In this document: piece by piece, positions 56,690-64,000 of the stretch
How the letters are laid out: every line of letters begins with the position of its first letter
How positions within the stretch are numbered: the first letter of the stretch is position 1
From: Fonticula alba ATCC 38817
Taxonomy: Eukaryota > Protista > Nucleariida
Length of the DNA: 64,000 nucleotides
Assembly: GCA_000388065.2 (NCBI GenBank)
Contig: KB932202.1
Reading direction: 5' to 3' (one strand)
Program-made: the position numbers and the translations under genes
The notes under the pieces: model-generated
The model's database searches: none
Told to the model about the DNA's origin: nothing
Seen by the model: the letters and a program-made list of their open reading frames with translations, nothing else

Positions 56690-59070
56690 GACTGCCGGGA
56701 CCTCCGCCGTGGGCGTAGGCGCCGGCGAAGCCGGCGCTCCGTGCCAGCGTTGGGCACCGGCCAAGGGGCCGGCCTTTGTCCGTTTCCGGGAGACCCTTCG
56801 GCCAGGCTTTCCCCCCCCCCCGCACGGACAAGGCCGCGCCCATGTCCTGGGACTCCCCCTCAGACCATGTCCCCTCCCCCGCCTGGGCAGGAGCTCCCGC
56901 CCGGCGGGATGGTGGGTCCTGGTCGGCCCTACCACGGCTGGATCTCGCCTGGCCAAGGATCAGGCCGCGCGCGCCCCGGGCGCACACGGCCAGCAGCCGG
57001 TTACTCTCAGTGGAGTGGTGGTTTTCTCGAGGTCCCCCTAATTGGATGGTCGTCTTTTTGGTCGTCTGAGCACCTCGCAGGCCCCCGGCGCACCCTTCCA
57101 CGACCGGGCCCCCTGGAGGGTGGCTATTCCTGGGGGGGGGGGGGGGGCGAGGGGGGAACTTGCTCGCCTCTCGAGGCGAGGCCCCAAGGGACATTTTTCC
57201 CCCGCACGAAAAAAGAGACACACACTGGGAGGGGGCCGGCGCTCAGAGTGGAACGGCGGGGGCGACGCGCCCGGGGACCGGCAGGCACGACGGGTGCGGG
57301 GGGCGAGCACCAGCCAGCACCCGGCAGACCGCGGAGCCGGGCGGATGGCGCGTCGATACCCGGGCGCGAGTGCCCTGCATGCCCATCATCTTCCTCCCGG
57401 GCCATCGGGGTCCGGCTGGCCGCCGCGTCGACGCCGGAGCGCGAGGCCGCCGGCCCTTGCGTGATGGGCATTTGCGGCCCTCCCCACACGCGTGACCCTC
57501 GCCTTTGGGGCGTTGTGTCCTGTCAGACCCGGCGCGGCGGGCCGGCCCGGAGCGATGCAGGGCCAGCTCCAGCGGTGGGACGGGCGGGGAGGGGGGGGGG
57601 GGGGAAGCCCCAGCCTCGAGCATGGGGACCCCGGGCTGGCACAGGCGCCCGGCCCGGCCACCGCTCAACATTGGCATCAGGCGTGGCCACTGGAGGGAGC
57701 ATTGTATGTTGTGCTTCTGCGCCTGCCAAAGGGGCCCGGGGAGTTTGCGCGTGAGCGGGTGTACGCATACGGATCGGCCCCCACGCGCACCGATCAACTT
57801 CCGTTCCAGTCCTCCCAGTCGTCGTCCGGGGGGAGGGGGGGCCGCGGCAAAGGGTCTTCCCCGATCCGGCCTCTCGGTGACACCCATCAGCATGGTTGGC
57901 CCGCCCATGTGCACCGTGGTGCGCCGGGCGCCGGCAGCCACATTCAACCGACAAGCCGGGGCCTTCGTGTGGCGGCCACCGATCGCGAGACTCTCTCCAC
58001 CAGGGCCCCTGGCTCCTCTCCTCCCCCGGCCGGGTCCCAAGGTCCGGCTCCTGGGCGCACTCGCCGGGCCAACCCGGCGCTCGACACACCAATTCGCCCT
58101 CTCCTGCTACGCGGTTTCAGCCAGCGCCGCTGGCCAACTCCAGGTGGGATCGCTGTTTGAGCGCAGGCCGGCTCGCCCGGATGGGCCCGTCCCCCGGCTC
58201 GGGCGCCCGGCCGATTAATGCCCCATCGATCTCATCGGCCGGTGTCCAGCTCCAAGGCGCCGGCGTGTCCCCCCCCCCCCGCGCCCTCCTGGTCGCCCAT
58301 TGCGGCAGCACCCCCCCCTCTGGAGGGCGTCCAGCACATGCACCCGTGTGGCGGCCTCTGCCCGCGGTCGTCGCCCCCACCGAGTGTCTGCTCGCCGCCG
58401 CGTGAGTTTGCCGCCTTCGCCGAGGCTGCAAGGGGAGCCTGGCGTCCCAAAGGGGGAGGGGGCGGGGGGGCGGCTCCTTGTCGGCCATTTGTGTTGTCCC
58501 AATTTTCCCCCTTTCGCTCCCCCGATTCAAGTTCCGAGAGGCAATCGATCGCGCGCACGCGNNNNNNNNNNNNNNNNNNNNNNNNNNNNNNNNNNNNNNN
58601 NNNNNNNNNNNNNNNNNNNNNNNNNNNNNNNNNNNNNNNNNNNNNNNNNNNNNNNNNNNNNNNNNNNNNNNNNNNNNNNNNNNNNNNNNNNNNNNNNNNN
58701 NNNNNNNNNNNNNNNNNNNNNNNNNNNNNNNNNNNNNNNNNNNNNNNNNNNNNNNNNNNNNNNNNNNNNNNNNNNNNNNNNNNNNNNNNNNNNNNNNNNN
58801 NNNNNNNNNNNNNNNNNNNNNNNNNNNNNNNNNNNNNNNNNNNNNNNNNNNNNNNNNNNNNNNNNNNNNNNNNNNNNNNNNNNNNNNNNNNNNNNNNNNN
58901 NNNNNNNNNNNNNNNNNNNNNNNNNNNNNNNNNNNNNNNNNNNNNNNNNNNNNNNNNNNNNNNNNNNNNNNNNNNNNNNNNNNNNNCCTCTTCCCCCATT
59001 CCCCCTCCCCCTCAGCCCCTCCCCTGACAGAGACGGCCCGGGCAGCCCGGCCGCCCCAATCTCTACAGCC

Positions 59071-59840
59071 ATGGAGGCCGCTCTAGCCTCCCAAATGACC
59101 GGGTCTTTCTCGTCCGGGTCGCTCCCCTCCCTGGTGAGCCTCTGCACACGAGAGCTCTCCGATGAAAGCGTCTCCTTCACCGCGCTGCAGTCGCTCGAGA
59201 CCGACTGCGGGTCTTTGCTGGAGTCGCTCCCGGTTCTGCCCCACGATGATGACCACCACAGCCAGCCTCTCCTGCTGCTGGACTCCCACTCCGGCAGCCT
59301 CTCTCCGACATCGGCCCTGGCGGCCAGCGCCCCGGGGCATGCGCCACCTGCCGCTGGGACCTCCCTCCTCCGGGTGATTCTCCCCAACCTGGACACCACG
59401 GTCATTGAAGTTCGCGAGGAGGAGGTCCTGCTTGAGGTCTTCCGGCGCCTGTGCACCCGTCGTGGGCTCTCCTTCGGCGATTACACCTTCGAGGGGGCCC
59501 TCATCCGGCCCTCGGCCATCTCTCTCAACAGTGGTCGGTCGTCCAGCCGGGGGTCCACCACGACCGATCTGCTGGCCAGCGTCTCGCCGAGCCTGAGCAC
59601 CAGCAGTGCCGACAACGAGGACCCCGTCCGGACTCCGGTCCCCAGCAGCCCCCGGCTGGGCGCCGGTGCTGGGCCCATCGAACTGGACCTGACCTGGCAA
59701 TTCCGCCAGTATCACCAGCCGCCTGAGCAACTCCTGCTGGAAGTGCGCATGAGGCGCATTCGTCGGAAGGTCTTCCTCGGAGGGGCTGTCAACAGCGGGC
59801 ACAATTCGCGCACCACCTCGGTGGAATCCTCGTCTTCGCA

Positions 59841-59913
<73 letters not shown>

Positions 59914-62900
59914 CACATGTCCTGGACGGCCAACTCCACCGGGACCCTACGGCGTGTCCTGCGCCCCGGGCCGGGCCCCATTCCCTTCGGCACTGAGGCG
60001 AATTCCTCCGCCCCAGGAAGCCCGTTCAGCGCGCAGGGTGGCCCTTCGGCCACCCCGTCGCCCGTGCCTCCGGGCTCCGGCGCATCGCGCCATCCGTCCG
60101 CCGTCAGTCCAGTCCCCCTGTCAAGTGCCGGCGCCACTGGCGGATCATCCAGCGGCTCCTTGCTGACCGTGTCCGGCCCCAGCTCCTCGGGCGAGCTATC
60201 ACCCAAGAAGCCGGGCCGACGCCGGGCCCTGAGCGTCAGCGTTCGAGAGAAGTTTTCCCAAATTTGGGGCGGCGCCTCGGGTCCCGGATCGGCGGCCGTC
60301 TCGCCCAGCGGCGGGATCATGCCCCCGCCCGGGGGTGTCCCGGTGGCCGAGGCCTCTGGCGGTGGGTCCAGCGGCAGCCCCCCCCTGGTGGCCGGGGCTC
60401 CGCAGTCCGGCAGTCCATCGGTGCCGGTGGCCAGCGCCCCGGGCCAGCCGATCTCCACGGCCTTCAGCCACCATGCACTTCCTGTCACAGCCATCCCGCC
60501 CAATGGCCGGTCTCCTCGGCGGTCGGCCTCGCACACCGGCCTGGCCACCCTTTCCATGGCCAGCGACTTCTCGCTCCCTCCGCTGAACACCGGTTGTGCC
60601 GGGGCCACCGGCCCGCCGGATGCTGTCTACTCCCTCACGGTGGGCGGCTCTTCCGGCATGGCCACCGGCACCAGCTCGCCCCGGCGGCCGGCTCTCTCCT
60701 CCATGACCTATCTGGCCCCGGTGGAGGACGCCTCGCCGTCGATCCCCCCGCTGCCGGACAGCCCGACCCTCGGGTCGCCGACGGGCGCCTCGCAGCCGGA
60801 CCGGTCCTCCTCGCTGGATTCCTGCATCTCCGTCCCATCCATCACCCTGAACGATGAGGAGACCATCCTCATTGGGGCCGACACCGGCCGGGCGGAGGAG
60901 TTCTCCGCCTCGCCGACCACCCTACTGCCGCCACTGTCGTCGCTGGACAGCCCTCCTCGCCGGGGCAATTCGAACCTGGTTCGGTCCGCCTCCCGGCCGG
61001 TGGTCAGCTTTGCCACCGGCACCATGGGCGATGATGTTGGCATCCCGGAGTCTGAGTTTGCCGAGGGCGGCATCTTCCATGGCCTCAGCACGTTGGAGCT
61101 GAACAAGCTGTCCCAGTGCGTGCCCTCCCCCGGCCCGCCCTCCGGTTCCATTGCCCTTGGTGCCTTCTTCTTTCTTTTTTTTCCCCCTCCCCTTCATGCG
61201 CCCTGACGCACGATCTTCACGGCGGCTTTCCCTGCCTGGGTATATGCAAAGGCCCAAGGATCCCGGCACCACGTTCAACAGCCAGACCCTTCGTCGGAGG
61301 TCCGTTGCCCGGCCCCGGTCCATGTCCATCTCGGTGCCCAAGCACCCGCCGCCTGCTGTGCCGCTCAGCAGCTCCGAGGCCCTGCAGCGGGTGGTGGACG
61401 CCTCCTCCACCGGGACATCTTCCTGCGCATCTCCCTCGAGCCCGGCTGCCCCGGTCTCGGGGCATGCCTCCTCCGCGTCGCTCGGTGCTCTGCCTCCCTC
61501 CATGTATGTTGCTCGTTGCTCTTCTGCCCCCCCCCCCCCCCCCCCCTCCCCCCCTCCGCCCAATTGGCGCTCGCCTCCCATCCATGCATCTCGTGGCCTC
61601 TGACACACTCGCAAAACCATTGCCGGCAGTTCCGGCGCCAGTGAGCTGATCTTCCTGCGCGTGCACATGGAAAGCTCGATGCTCATGTCGGCCGTGGAGA
61701 ATAGCACCTCTCAGGCGGCCTCCCACTCGACCATGGTGGCCGTCAGTCCGTCGGCCACCATGGAGGAGGTTCTGTCGGATGTGTGCTCTCGCAAGGGGCT
61801 GAACTTCGAAAAGCACACGCTCTTCTTGCCGTCGGGTGTGGGCCCCGGCGGCGGGGCCGCGGTGGCCGTGCAGCTGGACCGCACGGTGGCCGATTACCAC
61901 CTGAGCTCGCACTCGCGCATCCACTTGATCCGGTCCAGCACTCGGCTGTACTCGACTTTCTCGGTGTCGGAGTCCGGCCGGGAGGTGCTGGTGTTGCGCA
62001 TGTTCCGCGATCACCCCCGCGTGGCCCTCGCCACCGAGGCCCAGCTGATCGAGCGCATGACCGACGACCGGGACACCTCGGCCTCCGGCGCCGGCTTCGC
62101 CGAGTCTGGGCGCACTGTGTCCGAGGAGGGCGGCCTTCCGTCGCTTCTGCACCCGGTGGCCGATGCCGGCCTCATCCGGACCTTCCTCATGACCTTCCGG
62201 GCATTTATCACCCCGGCCGACCTGTTTGACATGCTGGTCGCTCGGTTCAATGCCTCCCCACCGGAAGATGCCACCGAGGAGGACGTTGCCCAATATCGGC
62301 GGTCCATTCGCATTGTCCGCGTAAAGATCCTCTACTTCCTGGAGCTCTGGCTGTCCGGGCACTTCCACGACTTCTCGGTGTACGATTCGCCGCTGGATCG
62401 TCGGCTTCGGTCATTCCTCAGTGCGCTGGAACTATCCGGGCAAAGCCGCCCGGAGTGGCTGACCGTGCGCCAGAAGTACATCAAGCTGATCCGGGAGAAG
62501 GTACGGGCGTCATCCATCATGCGGCGGACCTGTTCTCCGGTTGCCTCTCATCGCCTCTCATCGCCTCTCATCGCTTCTCTCTCTCTCCCTCGGTCGTTGT
62601 GCTTCCCACGTTCTCTTTGTCCACCTCCTTTACTGATCTCCACTCCCGCCTCCTCCTCCTCCTCACTGGGTCTCCACCAATCTATGCCCGCCGCCCCCCC
62701 CCCCCTGACCCCATCCCCCCTCCGATCCACCCTGCGTCGGGCAGTCGTACCAACTGAGCATCGATTACAGCCCGCTGCCCATGTTTGCCGAGCCGTCTGC
62801 TCCGCCGACCGTGCAGCCGGGCTTCATCGTGTCGCTGCACTCCTGGCAAGTGGCCGAACAGCTGTCCATGCTGGACTTCAAGCTCTTTGATGCCATCCAC

Positions 62901-63962
62901 GATGTGGAGTTCCTGGACTTCATTTGGAACTTCAACGGCAAGCCGCGCAATCAGACGGACTTGAAGTCGGCGCTGGATGTCTCCCTCGAGGCCAACCTCT
63001 TTGTGGAGATCCCCGAAACGACGATCGGCGCGGCGGCCGCCATGCAGCGTGATGCCCTGGACCTGGGGACCGTCCTGGCGGCCGGGGTGAACATCGCCCA
63101 GCCGCTGCTGCTTGGCCCGCGGTCGCGCAGCCCGCTCCCCAGCCCGAATCTCATCCGGGCCATTCGCCGGTCGAACCAGCAAATCCTTTGGGTGGCATCG
63201 GAGATCCTGGCCGAGGCGCACCTGGACCGCCGGGTGAAGGTCATGCGCCGGCTGATCAAGGTGGCCCATGTGTGCCTGCAGCAGGGGAACCTCCAAACGG
63301 CCTTGTCCCTGACGCAGGGGCTCATGTCTTACCCGGTGTCGCGACTCCGGCGAACGTGGGCCGGCCAGACCACCGCCGTTCGGCGCCAGTACCAGGAGCT
63401 GGAGAGCCTGCTGGATCCGTCGCGAAATATGCGCAACTACCGGCAGGCCCGGTCGCGCCTGCGCGCGCCGGCCATCCCCTTCCTGCCGGTCCTGACCAAG
63501 GACCTGACCTTCCACAATGATGGCAACCCCCTGCGGGTGGTCCTGTCGGCGGATGACTCGGCCGGGGGGCTGATCAACTTCGAGAAGCTCCGGAATATGG
63601 CGGCATATGTGCGCCGGGAGGCGCGTCCGGGCTTGGATGACCCGTATCCCGGGCCGATGGTTGCTGCCGGCACGCAGGCCGGGACCGACGATCGGACGGC
63701 CTCGCCCTCGCCGTCGGCCGGCCTCCCGCCGGCCTCCTCGGCGACCACCGCCGGAGGGGGGGCGCCCCACTCCTCCGGGAATGGGGTCACCAGTCTCGAG
63801 GACGATTCTTCATATGACTACCCGGGACCGCCGCCCCCGCGCATCCCCTACCTCTTCGAGGTCCACGCCAAGGCGATTGAGTATCTGACCCAGCTGCCGA
63901 TCCGGTCACTTGACGACCTGGAGCGGCGGTCCAAGGAGCTCGAGCCCCCGCAGCAGGGCTAA
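59071..63962 (+). CDS. Ras-family GEF with two RBD-like ubiquitin folds, REM and CDC25 domains; 4 exons: 59071-61115, 61252-61503, 61630-62500, 62745-63962; about 1461 aa. An additional 5' exon is possible.
   Basis: REM: LIRTFLMTFRAFITPADLFDMLVARF, KILYFLELWL..HFHDF. CDC25: VAEQLSMLDFKLF, WVASEIL, GNLQTAL.L..GL..YPVSRLRRTW, PAIPFL.VLTKDLTF..DGNP, LINFEKLR. Confidence 0.92.
59840..59915 (+). repeat. CAG/CAC trinucleotide tract encoding poly-Q/H in the RasGEF
   Basis: QQQHQQHQQQQHQQQQQQQQQQQQH, seen in the sequence. Confidence 0.9.
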
Positions 63963-64000
63963 TGTGGTGGCGGGCACCATCCTTCCTTCCCTTCCCCTTT

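Noticed and set aside
53806-58405. Numerous 200-400 aa Pro/Arg/Gly-rich ORFs in the GC-rich intergenic region
   Set aside because: They show no codon bias, no recognisable motifs and no consistent splice signals, and they run through homopolymers.

Overview
This is a GC-rich, intron-containing eukaryotic window with nine assembly gaps. Introns mostly have GTGCGT/GTACGT-type donors, CTRAC/CTGAC branch points and (CT)n/(CA)n tracts. Composition, intron style and gene content suggest a unicellular opisthokont such as the nucleariid relative Fonticula; this is inference, not a database result. I reconstructed 12 protein-coding genes, most with frame-consistent exon chains: adenylate kinase (-), an orphan coiled-coil protein (+), prohibitin-2 (+), splicing factor Cwc2 (-), a Sac2/INPP5F-like phosphoinositide phosphatase (+), a DUF1764 protein (+), an intronless prokaryote-type two-TM/pore-loop channel (-), RPLP1 (+), a Myb/SANT-like protein of the type associated with PIF/Harbinger elements (-), the AAA-ATPase NVL/Rix7 (-), a villidin-type coronin-PH-gelsolin-headpiece fusion (+), and a RasGEF with two N-terminal RBD-like folds (+). 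The leading candidates for novelty are: the probably horizontally acquired channel with a eukaryote-style Pro-rich PPxY insert; the transposase-less Myb/SANT gene; a recurring ACACC-N8-GGTGT palindrome resembling paired T-box sites; a long structured RPLP1 intron; and repeated AAG or poly(A)-preceded 3' splice sites. I found no rRNA, tRNA or CRISPR array, and no intact transposase.
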